64,000 nucleotides of DNA from Spirochaetia bacterium (lineage in GTDB: Bacteria > Spirochaetota > Spirochaetia > CADAEX01), in the NCBI GenBank assembly GCA_963662265.2, contig CAXXHA010000011.1, positions 155,611 through 219,610 of the forward strand, in the 5' to 3' direction. Below are positions 1 to 10,257 of the stretch, one piece after another. Position numbers and translations under genes: made by a program. Each line of letters starts with the position of its first letter. The first letter of the stretch is position 1. Below the pieces are notes generated by a model that was given only the letters and a program-made list of their open reading frames with translations, did no database searches and was not told the DNA's origin.

Positions 1-2
1 AT

Positions 3-1055
3 ATCGGAAAAATAAGGGGAATTAAAAAAACAGTACCTTTTCTTGATATACAGAGCCTTGTTCAGGGAAACAGGAGCCGCCTGGATCCTGTAATGCTGAG
101 AGCTGTTGATGAGGACGCAGTTATGGATGACAGCAGTTTTCTCAATCAGATTGGAATGGTTGAAGGTGATTTTTCTCTTACGGACAGGAGTATTGTTGTC
201 GGTTTCGAACTTGCAAGAATGCTGCGGCTTGAAATCGGAGACAGGGTTAACCTGATGATGCTTTCAGGTAAATCATTTAAAAAGCTTACTCCCGATCTTC
301 ATGAATTCACTGTATCAGCTGTTTTCAAGAGCGGATATTATGAATATGACAGAAACCTTGCATTTATATCACTGAAGTCAGGTTTTCTTATCAATGCAGA
401 TTCAGATAAAACCAGTAAACTGGGTATAAAAATAAACAATATATATAAAGACAGGGAAGTTATTTCCGCATTAAGGGATAAATATGGTGAAGAAACCGGG
501 GCTGTTTCCTGGAGAGACTATAACAGATCATTTTTCAGTGCGCTGAGAATGGAAAAAATATCAATGATGCTTCTTATAGGGCTTATTTTTGTTGTAATCG
601 GCGTTAATATATATAATTCCATTAAGCGTTCTGTCTCTGAAAAAATGGAGGATATTGCTGTAATATATGCTGTCGGGGGATCTGAGAAGTCTGTTAAGAG
701 AATATTTCTTGCTGAAGGTTTTCTGATCGGCTTTACCGGGGGACTTATCGGCACTGCAGCAGGTCTTCTCATAATAGTTAACCTTGATTTTATATTTGCT
801 GCGACAGGAGTTGTTCTGCAGTATGCTGCAGATTTAATAATGCATGTTTTTGCTGTCTCTGATCTTCTCCCATACGTGGAAATATCAATATTTCCGGAAA
901 GTTATTTTTATCTTACTGAAGTTCCCTACAGAATACTTCTTCATGAAGTTGTATTAATATTTCTCTTTGCAGTAATGTCTGCAGTATGTTCAGCATATTT
1001 TGCATCCAGGAAAATATCTGTTGAAACACCGGCTGAATATCTGAGGTATGAATAG
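3..1055 (+). CDS. lolE: Lipoprotein-releasing ABC permease LolC/E family (5'-truncated by window edge)
   Basis: Frame open from base 3; MacB/FtsX permease motifs (SGYYEYD, SWRDYN..FFSALRMEK, FLAEGFLIG); directly upstream of lolD. Confidence 0.85.
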   Translation: MGKIRGIKKTVPFLDIQSLVQGNRSRLDPVMLRAVDEDAVMDDSSFLNQIGMVEGDFSLTDRSIVVGFELARMLRLEIGDRVNLMMLSGKSFKKLTPDLHEFTVSAVFKSGYYEYDRNLAFISLKSGFLINADSDKTSKLGIKINNIYKDREVISALRDKYGEETGAVSWRDYNRSFFSALRMEKISMMLLIGLIFVVIGVNIYNSIKRSVSEKMEDIAVIYAVGGSEKSVKRIFLAEGFLIGFTGGLIGTAAGLLIIVNLDFIFAATGVVLQYAADLIMHVFAVSDLLPYVEISIFPESYFYLTEVPYRILLHEVVLIFLFAVMSAVCSAYFASRKISVETPAEYLRYE

Positions 1056-1730
1056 ATGAGTTTGCTAGAAATAAGAAACCTTGTGAAAATTTATGACAAC
1101 GGGTCAGAAGAACTTAAAATTCTGAATAATATTGATCTTGATCTCGATAGAGGAGACAACCTTGTCATAACCGGAGAGAGCGGCTGCGGTAAAAGCACGC
1201 TTCTTAATATAATCGGTTCGCTTGATAAGGCGCAGAGCGGAACTGTAAGGGTAGGTGATACTTTTGTATCAGAGCTTAAAGAGGAAGATCTTTACAGCTA
1301 CAGGAATAATACGGTTGGATTTATTTTCCAGTTTCATTACCTTTTAAAAGAACTCACAGCTGTTGAAAACGTGATGTTCCCACTCTTTATATCAGGTGTG
1401 CCCAGGAAAGAGGCGATTGATAAGGCTGAGCACCTTCTGGAGCGGGTTAATCTGTACGGCAGGAAGGATCATTATTCAAGACAGCTGTCAGGCGGAGAAA
1501 GGCAGAGAGTTGCTGTTGCAAGGGCAATGATAAATGATCCTGAACTGATACTTGCAGATGAACCGACAGGAAACCTTGATGCAGACAATTCTGATATTGT
1601 GGAAAACCTTCTATTCAGGCTTGTGGAGGAAAACAATACAACACTGGTGCTGGTGACACATGATGCAGCTATTGCAAAAAGGGGCAGCAGGCGAATTACA
1701 ATAGACAAGGGAAATCTGCACATATTATGA
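1056..1730 (+). CDS. lolD: Lipoprotein-releasing ABC ATP-binding protein LolD
   Basis: Walker A GESGCGKS, LolD-type GFIFQFHYLL motif, LSGGERQR, ILADEPTGNLD. Confidence 0.92.
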   Translation: MSLLEIRNLVKIYDNGSEELKILNNIDLDLDRGDNLVITGESGCGKSTLLNIIGSLDKAQSGTVRVGDTFVSELKEEDLYSYRNNTVGFIFQFHYLLKELTAVENVMFPLFISGVPRKEAIDKAEHLLERVNLYGRKDHYSRQLSGGERQRVAVARAMINDPELILADEPTGNLDADNSDIVENLLFRLVEENNTTLVLVTHDAAIAKRGSRRITIDKGNLHIL

Positions 1731-3031
1731 GAATACGGGGGCCTATATACCTTTCCTTTAAAAATATATACAAAAGCCGGAAAAGCGACCTGTTCAGGCA
1801 CATAAGGGGAGCTGTGCTCGGAATTGCACTCAGCCTGATACCTCTCATAGTAGTGCTTCAGATATCAGACGGAATGATTCAGGGAATTACAGGCAGGTAT
1901 ATTGAAATAGGAAGCTATCATTTTCAGGTTAAACAGCTGTCAAGAAGGTCTGAGTATACTTTTTCCGAAATTGCCGAAATTGTTAATAAAAATGATCATG
2001 TTGAAAATGCATTTGTTTTTATTACAGGAACATCTCTCGCATATACTGAACATGGGAGAACAGGTCTTGCCATCCGCGGAATTCCTGAAAATCTGTACAG
2101 AAACGACAGCAGTATGAAAAAATACCTTGAAGTTGTGGCTGGGGAATTTGACCTGTCTGATGACAGAAATATTGTACTTTCGGCAACTATTGCAGAAAAA
2201 CTGGGAGCGGAAGCAGGTGATGAACTTAAAATCCTCACTGCCTATTCTCTTCCCGGGCGGCCTCCGCTTTTAAAACCGTCCCGGTTCAAGGTACAGGGTA
2301 TTGTGACAACCGGTTACAATGATCTGGATGATACTGTTGTATTTATAAAAGATACAAGGGCTGAGAGAATATTCAGGGACAATAACAGCCGGAGAGTAGG
2401 AATAAAGGTTAAAAACCCGTATAAAAACACTGCAGCTGTGGGGAGGTCAATAAAATCTTCAATACCTCCCGAATATTTCCTCATGAGCTGGGAAAGGATA
2501 AATTACACTTTCTACAAGAGTCTTGAAACAACAAAAAAACTTCTTATTTTTATTATGTTCCTGATTCTTGGAGTTGCATCTGTTAACATATCCTCTTCAA
2601 TGATTATGATGGTTCATTCTGCAAGGAAAGAGATTGCAGTTCTGAAAAGTGTAGGTGTTTCATCTTCAGAAATTGTTCTTACATACATGATTACAGGCTT
2701 TTTCATAGGCGCATCAGGGACTTTTGCAGGTACTGTCACAGGTATTATGTGTTCCCTTAAAATCAATGAAATAATAAATTTCATCGAAGTAATGCTTAAT
2801 AAATCAAATTATATAATCTGGAAAATAACCGGGAGCTTCACAGGAGTCTCATATAACCCGTATAAAATACTGAATTCAGGATATTACCTGGAAAAAATAC
2901 CTGTTAATCTTAATTTTACTGAGATATACCTGGTTGCTGTTGTATCTGTATTGCTTGCAGTAGGCGCATCGTGTATTCCGTCATTAAAGGCGGGAAAAAT
3001 CAGGCCTGTTGAAATATTTCAGAAATACTGA
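1727..3031 (+). CDS. Lipoprotein-releasing ABC permease LolC/E family
   Basis: N-terminal TM, periplasmic domain, 3 C-terminal TMs, KEIAVLKSVG motif; ATGA overlap with lolD. Confidence 0.85.
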   Translation: MRIRGPIYLSFKNIYKSRKSDLFRHIRGAVLGIALSLIPLIVVLQISDGMIQGITGRYIEIGSYHFQVKQLSRRSEYTFSEIAEIVNKNDHVENAFVFITGTSLAYTEHGRTGLAIRGIPENLYRNDSSMKKYLEVVAGEFDLSDDRNIVLSATIAEKLGAEAGDELKILTAYSLPGRPPLLKPSRFKVQGIVTTGYNDLDDTVVFIKDTRAERIFRDNNSRRVGIKVKNPYKNTAAVGRSIKSSIPPEYFLMSWERINYTFYKSLETTKKLLIFIMFLILGVASVNISSSMIMMVHSARKEIAVLKSVGVSSSEIVLTYMITGFFIGASGTFAGTVTGIMCSLKINEIINFIEVMLNKSNYIIWKITGSFTGVSYNPYKILNSGYYLEKIPVNLNFTEIYLVAVVSVLLAVGASCIPSLKAGKIRPVEIFQKY

Positions 3032-3299
3032 TTTTCCTGTTATTATCAGTTTTTCTGCATGGATATTTTGTAACAAGGGAATCTCTAAAAAATATTTTTC
3101 TCGACAAACAGTCCAATTTTTACTAATTTATAATTAAGATATAATAAGAGTTTTTTTATTTGCAATATTGGTAAAAGAAGCAGTCTATGAAACAGAAGCT
3201 TTTAAATGCTTAGATATTCATTATCTTATGGATAGCGGAATATTGCCTGAATAAGAATACTCATCTGAAGATCTGCAGGGGAATTACAGGCGGTAGTAA

Positions 3300-3800
3300 A
3301 TGAAATGCGATATTTGCGGCAGCAGCAAAGCTGTAATACATATTCAACAGATATTTGAAAATACAGAAATAAATATAAAAATATGTGAAAAATGCGCCCG
3401 GGATAAGGGGCTGACCCTCGATAACAGGGAAATAGGCAGAAACCTGAAAGTGCTTCTTTCAAATTTCGAGCAGATAAAAAAAGTAATAGATACAAAGAAT
3501 GAAAAAAGAAGGTGCCCGGTCTGCGGTACCGAGTTTAATGTCCTGAAAAAGGACTGCAGGGCAGGCTGTGCTTCATGCTACAGTGAATTTGAAAATTATC
3601 TTGAAAATTTTTACAAAAGCACTGCCGGAAGTTCGGAACACAAAGGTAAATATCCGGGAAAAGTTGCTCTTTTAATAAGAAAAAAACAGAACTATGCAAG
3701 GCTGGAAAAGGAACTTGAAGATGCTGTCAGCAATGAAAATTATGAAAAGGCTGCTGTACTCAGAGACCGGATCAAGTTTATGGGAAATTATATAGATTAG
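3300..3800 (+). CDS. mcsA: McsA, Zn-finger/UVR-domain activator of McsB
   Basis: Four CxxC motifs (CDIC, CEKC, CPVC, CASC), HKGKYP, C-terminal UVR motif ENYEKAAVLRDRI; precedes mcsB-clpC. Confidence 0.9.
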   Translation: MKCDICGSSKAVIHIQQIFENTEINIKICEKCARDKGLTLDNREIGRNLKVLLSNFEQIKKVIDTKNEKRRCPVCGTEFNVLKKDCRAGCASCYSEFENYLENFYKSTAGSSEHKGKYPGKVALLIRKKQNYARLEKELEDAVSNENYEKAAVLRDRIKFMGNYID

Positions 3801-3803
3801 AAG

Positions 3804-4859
3804 ATGAGTAATAAAATAAAACTAAACAACAGGGGCTGGTTCACTGAAGAGGGATCTGAAAATGATGTAATAGTTTACAGCAGGATCAGTTTAAGCCGGA
3901 ACATCAGGGAAACAGTCTTTCCTGCAAACATGGACAGGGAAACTGAAGAAAAATTTTACAGAGAAATAAGGACTGCTGTCGATAATCTTGATAAGGGCAG
4001 TTTTTTTCATTTTTCAAAGCTTGACTACGATGCGAGGAAGCTTCTTTCCGAGAGGCACTATATCAAGGGTGGCGCTTCATTTGAAAGGGACCCTGCAGTT
4101 TATATAACTGATGATGAAAAATATCTGATTGTTTTCAACCAGGATGATCATGTGATGATTAAATCATTCCGGGCAGGACTTGATTTACGTAAAGCATATA
4201 ATAACTGCAATCTTGCGGATAATCTGCTTGAAGAGAAGCTCAGTTATGCCTGGTCTTCCAAATTCGGTTATCTCACATCTGACCTGACAGCTGCAGGCAC
4301 AGGTCTTAAAAGCTCGGTAATGCTTTTTCTACCTGCAATAACAAGGACAGGGAAAATCGACAAGGTTATGAAGGATGTTATGCAGTCAGGTCTTTCTGTA
4401 ACAGGTTTTGTCGGTGATGGAGATAATTCATCCGGCGATCAGTATATTATTGAAAACCAGTTTTCCATAGGGGAAAGTGAAGAGGAAATTATAAACAGGA
4501 TTGAGAGTATTTCTGTGATGATTACTGATTACGAACGTGAGGTCAGGGATTTTCTCTTTAAAAAAGAGGGAGCTGCACTGGAAGATGAGGTGATGAGAGC
4601 CTACGGAATACTTAAATACTGCAGAATATTGACAATTAATGAGGCTATTAAGAATCTTTCCCTGTTAAAATTGGGAAAATATCTTAATATTATTAATGAA
4701 GGGTATATAACTTACTGTAATATCAATTGTTTATTAATTGAGATACAGAAAGCCCACTTGAATATGGCTTTATCGGGAAATGATGAAGCAGACATGAAAA
4801 GGGCTGAGTTAGTTCAAACCAGACTTTTTAAAGGGAAGGGAAAATGTTTAAAGGATTAA
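3804..4859 (+). CDS. mcsB: McsB protein-arginine kinase family (ATP:guanido phosphotransferase), catalytic motifs degenerate
   Basis: SRISLSRN, NQDDH, FGYLT..GTGLK, ENQFSIGESEEEI, RAYGILKYCR; synteny mcsA-mcsB-clpC. Confidence 0.88.
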   Translation: MSNKIKLNNRGWFTEEGSENDVIVYSRISLSRNIRETVFPANMDRETEEKFYREIRTAVDNLDKGSFFHFSKLDYDARKLLSERHYIKGGASFERDPAVYITDDEKYLIVFNQDDHVMIKSFRAGLDLRKAYNNCNLADNLLEEKLSYAWSSKFGYLTSDLTAAGTGLKSSVMLFLPAITRTGKIDKVMKDVMQSGLSVTGFVGDGDNSSGDQYIIENQFSIGESEEEIINRIESISVMITDYEREVRDFLFKKEGAALEDEVMRAYGILKYCRILTINEAIKNLSLLKLGKYLNIINEGYITYCNINCLLIEIQKAHLNMALSGNDEADMKRAELVQTRLFKGKGKCLKD

Positions 4860-7312
4860 CCAAAAGAGCACAGAAAATACTTGCATTGATGGCTCAGGAA
4901 GAGGCTAAACGGTTTCATGCAGATCAGTTGCTTCCTGAACACATTATCCTTGCTGTCCTCAAAGAGGGGGAGGGACAGGCTCTTAAGGTACTGCATAAAA
5001 ACGGAATAGATTCCGCAAAACTTCAGCTTGAAATTGAAAAAAATATTTTCAGGAATAAAGCTGGATTTATTCTCGGCGATGTCCCCCTTTCGAAACGTGG
5101 TAAAAAAATACTCGAAGATTCAGCTGAAGAAGCAAGAAAACTCAACCAGGAATATATTGGAACAGAGCACCTGATTCTTGCAGCTGCCAAAGAGCCGGGA
5201 AGCATTATATCAATGTTTTTCTACAACAACGGTGTAAGCATAGAAATGCTCAGAGAATCTATTGTTGAATTGACAGCTCTTGTAAGAAATGACAGCAAGA
5301 TTACAAAGCAGATTTCCGTAAATAAGAAAAATGTTCTGCCTGTTTCAAAAAACACTCCTCTTCTGAATGAATTTGCAAAAGATCTTACTGATATGGCAAG
5401 AAACAACAAGCTTGATCCGATTATAGGGAGGGAAAAAGAGATCTCCAGGGTTGTTCAGGTACTTGCTAGAAGAACAAAGAATAATCCTATTCTTCTAGGC
5501 GAACCGGGAGTTGGAAAAACAGCAATTGTTGAGGGACTTGCCACAATAATTTCAAACAGGAGCGCTCCTGAAGTGCTTCACGGAAAGAGGCTGATGGTTC
5601 TTGATCTTGCATCTGTCATAGCAGGAACCAAGTACAGGGGCGAATTCGAAGAAAGACTCAAGAGAATAATGAAGGAAATAAAGAATTCCCGTGATGTTAT
5701 TCTCTTCATCGATGAAATACACACAATAGTCGGAGCTGGCGGAGCTGAGGGCGCTATTGATGCATCAAACATGCTCAAACCTGCTCTCTCAAGAGGTGAA
5801 ATACAGTGCATTGGTGCTACAACTTTAGGTGAATACCGAAAAAATATAGAAAAAGATACAGCGCTGGAAAGACGGTTTCAGCCTATACTGATTGAGGAAC
5901 CGACCCAGGACGAGACAATCGATATACTTAAAGGGATAAAAAACTATTATGAGGAATTCCATAATGTTACTTATACAGAAGAAGCCCTTGTATTGAGCGT
6001 AAAGCTTGCATCCCGGTATATCACAGACAGGCTTCTTCCTGACAAGGCAATTGATATAATTGATGAGGCAGGATCCAGGAAGAGGATAATGTCCAGGGAA
6101 AAACCGGAAGAACTTGACAGTGTAATAAAACAGATAGAAGACCTTAACCATGAGAAAAAAGGGCATGTGAATAACCAGGATTATGAAAAAGCTGCTGCTG
6201 TCAGGGATTCCCTCAATAATCTGAAGGAAAAAAAGGATTCCCTTGAAAACAAATGGAAGCAGGAAATCAGGCTTGAACATAACCTGATTGAAGAGGGTGA
6301 TGTATACAGGGTTATTTCTGAAATAACAGGAATACCTCTTTCCAGGATTGCTGAAAATGAAACAGACAAGCTTCTCAAGATTGAAGATTACCTCCACGAA
6401 ACTGTTGTCGGCCAGGAAGAGGCAATATCATCTGTAGCATCCGCAATAAGAAGAGGACGGGCAGGTATATCTGCACCTGAAAGACCTCTCGGTTCTTTCA
6501 TTTTCCTCGGACCTACAGGTGTCGGAAAAACTCTTCTTGCAAAAACACTTGCTGAATTCCTTTTCGGAACCCAGGATGCTCTTATCAGGATTGATATGTC
6601 AGACTACATGGAAAAGCATAATTCATCCCGTCTGGTAGGTTCTCCTCCGGGTTACGTGGGGTATGAAGAGGGTGGTGTTCTCACAGAAAAGGTGAGAAGG
6701 AAACCCTACTGTGTAATTCTCTTTGATGAAATTGAAAAAGCACACCCTGATGTATTCAACCTGATGCTGCAGATCCTCGAAGAGGGTGAACTTCAGGACA
6801 ACCTCGGGCACAGGGTATCATTCAGGAATGCGGTTATTATAATGACTTCAAATGCAGGGGCTAGAGATATCTCAACAGGATTTTCTCTCGGCTTCAAGGC
6901 TCAGGAGCATATTACATATGCGGAAATAAAGTCTTCCGCTCTCAATGAGCTTAAAAGGATATTCAGGCCGGAATTCCTCAACAGGGTTGATGAAACTGTA
7001 GTTTTTGACAGCCTTTCAAGGAAGCAGATAGAAATGATTCTTGAAAAACAGCTTGATGAACTCAGGAGAAGGGTCAGCGATAAGAATCTTGTAATCGAAG
7101 TGACTGAATCTGCAAAAGAATATCTTATTCATGAAGGATGGGACACTAGATACGGCGCAAGACCGCTTCGAAGAGTTCTTCAGAAAGAGGTTGAAGACAG
7201 AATGTCCACTCTGATAATAAAGAGGGAAATAGTTGACAATGCTTCTGTCCTTATAGATTTTAACGGGGATGAACTTGTAATAATGAACAAGGCGGAAAAA
7301 GTAAATACATAA
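4844..7312 (+). CDS. clpC: ATP-dependent Clp protease ATP-binding subunit ClpC
   Basis: Clp N repeats, two AAA+ modules ([16 protein letters not shown]), UVR middle domain ([11 protein letters not shown]), GARPLRR. Confidence 0.96.
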   Translation: MFKGLTKRAQKILALMAQEEAKRFHADQLLPEHIILAVLKEGEGQALKVLHKNGIDSAKLQLEIEKNIFRNKAGFILGDVPLSKRGKKILEDSAEEARKLNQEYIGTEHLILAAAKEPGSIISMFFYNNGVSIEMLRESIVELTALVRNDSKITKQISVNKKNVLPVSKNTPLLNEFAKDLTDMARNNKLDPIIGREKEISRVVQVLARRTKNNPILLGEPGVGKTAIVEGLATIISNRSAPEVLHGKRLMVLDLASVIAGTKYRGEFEERLKRIMKEIKNSRDVILFIDEIHTIVGAGGAEGAIDASNMLKPALSRGEIQCIGATTLGEYRKNIEKDTALERRFQPILIEEPTQDETIDILKGIKNYYEEFHNVTYTEEALVLSVKLASRYITDRLLPDKAIDIIDEAGSRKRIMSREKPEELDSVIKQIEDLNHEKKGHVNNQDYEKAAAVRDSLNNLKEKKDSLENKWKQEIRLEHNLIEEGDVYRVISEITGIPLSRIAENETDKLLKIEDYLHETVVGQEEAISSVASAIRRGRAGISAPERPLGSFIFLGPTGVGKTLLAKTLAEFLFGTQDALIRIDMSDYMEKHNSSRLVGSPPGYVGYEEGGVLTEKVRRKPYCVILFDEIEKAHPDVFNLMLQILEEGELQDNLGHRVSFRNAVIIMTSNAGARDISTGFSLGFKAQEHITYAEIKSSALNELKRIFRPEFLNRVDETVVFDSLSRKQIEMILEKQLDELRRRVSDKNLVIEVTESAKEYLIHEGWDTRYGARPLRRVLQKEVEDRMSTLIIKREIVDNASVLIDFNGDELVIMNKAEKVNT

Positions 7313-7340
7313 AAAAGCCTCATAAAAACCGGATAAACAT

Positions 7341-7374
7341 AAAAGCAGCCTGTTCAAGCAGCAGGCTGCTTTTT
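7341..7374 (+). terminator. Intrinsic terminator after clpC
   Basis: aaaagcagcctg-N9-caggctgctttt inverted repeat with T run. Confidence 0.8.
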
Positions 7375-7422
7375 ATATATAATACTTGATAATTGATTAT
7401 TAACAATTTATAATCAATCAGA

Positions 7423-8352
7423 ATGAATCTTGAATTATTTGTCCTTGGATGCGGTGGTATGATGCCTCTCCCCGGAAGGCATCTTACATCTGTGCTGCTC
7501 AGGCGTGAAGGCGATCTTTTCATGTTTGACTGCGGCGAAGCAACACAGATATCACTGAAACGATTAAATCTCAGATGGAAGAAAATATCTGTAATACTCA
7601 TTTCCCATACACATGCCGACCATATAACAGGTCTGCCCGGTATACTCATGCTCTCCTCCCAGGTTGACCGTGATGAACCTCTTTACATAATTGGTCCTCC
7701 CAAAACAGCGGAATATGTTGAGGAGAGCAGAAGAATACTTGATATGTATATCAATTACGAAATAGTTATAAAAGAGATCACTGAGCCTGGAATTGTCTTT
7801 GAAACAGATGATTATTATATAAACAGCTTCCGGCTGAATCATACAAAAATATGTTACGGCTATAGCTTTAAAGAGAAGGAAAGACCGGGCGAGTTTTTCC
7901 CTGATAAGGCTCTGTCGCTTGGTGTTCCCAAGGGAAGAGACTGGTCAAGGCTGCAGAACGGTGCAAGTGTTGAGCTTGAAAACGGATCAGTTATAACGCC
8001 TGATATGGTAACCGGTGAAAAACGTTCAGGTAGAAAGGTGAGTTTCGTGACTGATACAGCCTATCTTCCCACTATTGCAGAAAATGTTACCGGTTCTGAT
8101 GTGTTTATATGTGAAGGGATGTTTACTGACGATCTTGAAGAAAGCGCTGCCTCAAAAAGGCACCTTACGTCCCGGCAGGCTGCAAAAATAGCAAATGAAG
8201 CAGGCGGAATAGGTAAGATGGGGCTTATCCATTACAGCCCCAGGTATACTGACAGGGACCTTAAAAGGCTGCTTGAAGAAGCATCTGAAGATTTTCCCGA
8301 TACATTTTTAACACGAGACAGGCAGGTCCTTAAAATAAAATACAGGGACTGA
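7423..8352 (+). CDS. rnz: Ribonuclease Z
   Basis: FDCGEATQ, SHTHADH metallo-beta-lactamase motif, exosite with GVPKG, TDT, HYSPRY. Confidence 0.95.
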   Translation: MNLELFVLGCGGMMPLPGRHLTSVLLRREGDLFMFDCGEATQISLKRLNLRWKKISVILISHTHADHITGLPGILMLSSQVDRDEPLYIIGPPKTAEYVEESRRILDMYINYEIVIKEITEPGIVFETDDYYINSFRLNHTKICYGYSFKEKERPGEFFPDKALSLGVPKGRDWSRLQNGASVELENGSVITPDMVTGEKRSGRKVSFVTDTAYLPTIAENVTGSDVFICEGMFTDDLEESAASKRHLTSRQAAKIANEAGGIGKMGLIHYSPRYTDRDLKRLLEEASEDFPDTFLTRDRQVLKIKYRD

Positions 8353-8380
8353 AATGTTTAACAAATGTTATAATTCAAAC

Positions 8381-8407
8381 GCATTTATTTATGATATAAA
8401 TAAATGC
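8381..8407. promoter_or_regulatory. Perfect 12-bp AT-rich inverted repeat between rnz and the ABC operon (operator or terminator-like)
   Basis: gcatttatttat-gat-ataaataaatgc. Confidence 0.35.
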
Positions 8408-8583
8408 ATAAAAATAACTTGATTGCTTGTAATAAATTAGTAATTTTATATGTGTAAAATATTCTTCCCGGAAAGAGAGGAAGTAATGATAAGGCATGTA
8501 TAAAATGAAAGTTGAAAATCAGCCTGAAAATTAAACTGGATGAAAGCTTCTAAAAATTAAAAATGAAGGAGGGAAACTTATAA

Positions 8584-9516
8584 ATGATTAATACTGATAA
8601 TGTTGTCAAAAAATACGGCAAAGTGAAAGCTGTAGACAAAGTTTCTATTAATATCGGTAAAGGCGAAATTGTCGGATTGCTTGGACCCAACGGCGCCGGA
8701 AAAACAACAATAATGAAGATCCTTACCGGTTACCATTTTCCGTCTAACGGCAGTGCATCTATTAATGGTTTTGATGTATATGATAATCCGCTTAAAGTTA
8801 AGGAATCAATCGGGTATCTTCCCGAAATGGCACCTCTGTATAATGACCTCAATGTATATGAATACCTCTCTTTTATAGCAGATGTCAGAAAAATACCTGC
8901 TGACAGAAAAAAGAAAGAGATAGAACGGGTTGTTGAAGAGTGCGGACTTCAGGCAGTTCTCTACAGACAGATTGAAAAACTGTCAAAGGGTTACAGACAG
9001 AGGGTTGGACTTGCCCAGGCAATTATCCATTCACCTGAAATCCTTATTCTTGATGAACCTACAACAGGTCTTGATCCGAACCAGATTATTGAAATCAGAA
9101 AGCTTATTAAGAGACTGGGAGAAAAGAAAACAGTAATTCTTTCAACTCATATTCTTCAGGAAGTGGAAGCTGTATGCAACAGGGTTCTTATACTGAATAA
9201 AGGTGCAATTGTTGCCAAAGGTACAGCAGATGAAATAAGGAAGGAACTGAAAGGGGATACCAGAATTTCACTTGAAATCAAGGCAGACAGCTACAACGGG
9301 GCAGTCCAGTCGCTTGAGGCTCTCTCTTCTGTTAAAGAGATAATAAAATCAGAAGAAACAAACAGTCTTCTGGAAATAAAGGTTGCTGTTGATTCAGATA
9401 CAGAAAACGCTGCAGAGGAAATATTTGACTGGGCTGTATCTAAGGGTTACAAAATTCTTTCAATGGTTCCTGAAAAAGTAAGCCTTGAAGATATTTTTAT
9501 TAAGCTGACAAATTAG
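8584..9516 (+). CDS. ABC-2 transporter ATP-binding protein (GldA-like)
   Basis: GPNGAGKTT, LSKGYRQRVGLAQA, DEPTTGLDPNQI, typical of GldA-type ATPases. Confidence 0.9.
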   Translation: MINTDNVVKKYGKVKAVDKVSINIGKGEIVGLLGPNGAGKTTIMKILTGYHFPSNGSASINGFDVYDNPLKVKESIGYLPEMAPLYNDLNVYEYLSFIADVRKIPADRKKKEIERVVEECGLQAVLYRQIEKLSKGYRQRVGLAQAIIHSPEILILDEPTTGLDPNQIIEIRKLIKRLGEKKTVILSTHILQEVEAVCNRVLILNKGAIVAKGTADEIRKELKGDTRISLEIKADSYNGAVQSLEALSSVKEIIKSEETNSLLEIKVAVDSDTENAAEEIFDWAVSKGYKILSMVPEKVSLEDIFIKLTN

Positions 9517-9526
9517 GAGATTAAAA

Positions 9527-10240
9527 GTGAATATATCCGGATTGATAAAGAAGGAATTAAAATCATATTTTAATTCCCCTATTGCATATATTGTTGTATT
9601 GTTTTTTGTGATGTTTTCAAACATCTACTATTTTTTCTTTAACCAGTTCTTTGCGCAGAATATTGCATCAATGAGATCATATTTTGCTCTCATGCCGGTC
9701 ATTTTTGTAATACTTATACCTTCAATAACAATGAGAAGCTGGGCGGAGGAAAAGAAACTCGGGACAGAAGAGCTTCTTCTCACACTTCCTATGAGAGATG
9801 TTGATTTTGTGCTTGGAAAATTTTTAAGCTCACTTATCCTTCTTGGAATAATGCTTCTTCTTACAGTCCCTGTTCCAATGACTCTGAGCATTATGGGTGA
9901 TTTTGAAAACGGGCAGATAATTGGAGAATATTTCGGTACGCTTCTTCTCGGAGCTGCAGGGCTTGCTGTCGGACAGTTTATTTCATCTGTAACATCCAAC
10001 CAGATAAGCGCTTTTATCTTCAGCGTTATAGGACTTCTTTTTATAACAATGATTGGAGAAGTAAGCTTTCTCTTTAATATGCCGGGATGGCTTGCAGATT
10101 TTTGCAGCTACCTTTCTTTTTCATACCACTTCGAATCACTCAAGAAAGGGCTTCTTGATACACGTGACTTAATATACTTCATGATAATTACGCTGTATTT
10201 TCTGTATCTTAACACTAAAGTGATTGAAATAAGGAAATAA
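9527..10240 (+). CDS. ABC-2 permease (GldF-like)
   Basis: KKELKSYFNSPIAY, ITMRSWAEEKKLGTEELLLT, GLLDTRD; multiple TMs. Confidence 0.88.
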   Translation: MNISGLIKKELKSYFNSPIAYIVVLFFVMFSNIYYFFFNQFFAQNIASMRSYFALMPVIFVILIPSITMRSWAEEKKLGTEELLLTLPMRDVDFVLGKFLSSLILLGIMLLLTVPVPMTLSIMGDFENGQIIGEYFGTLLLGAAGLAVGQFISSVTSNQISAFIFSVIGLLFITMIGEVSFLFNMPGWLADFCSYLSFSYHFESLKKGLLDTRDLIYFMIITLYFLYLNTKVIEIRK

Positions 10241-10257
10241 GGGGAGGAGGAATAAAA

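Noticed and set aside
3032-3299. CtsR or CIRCE heat-shock operator upstream of mcsA
   Set aside because: Neither GGTCAAA-NAN-GGTCAAA nor TTAGCACTC-N9-GAGTGCTAA is present.
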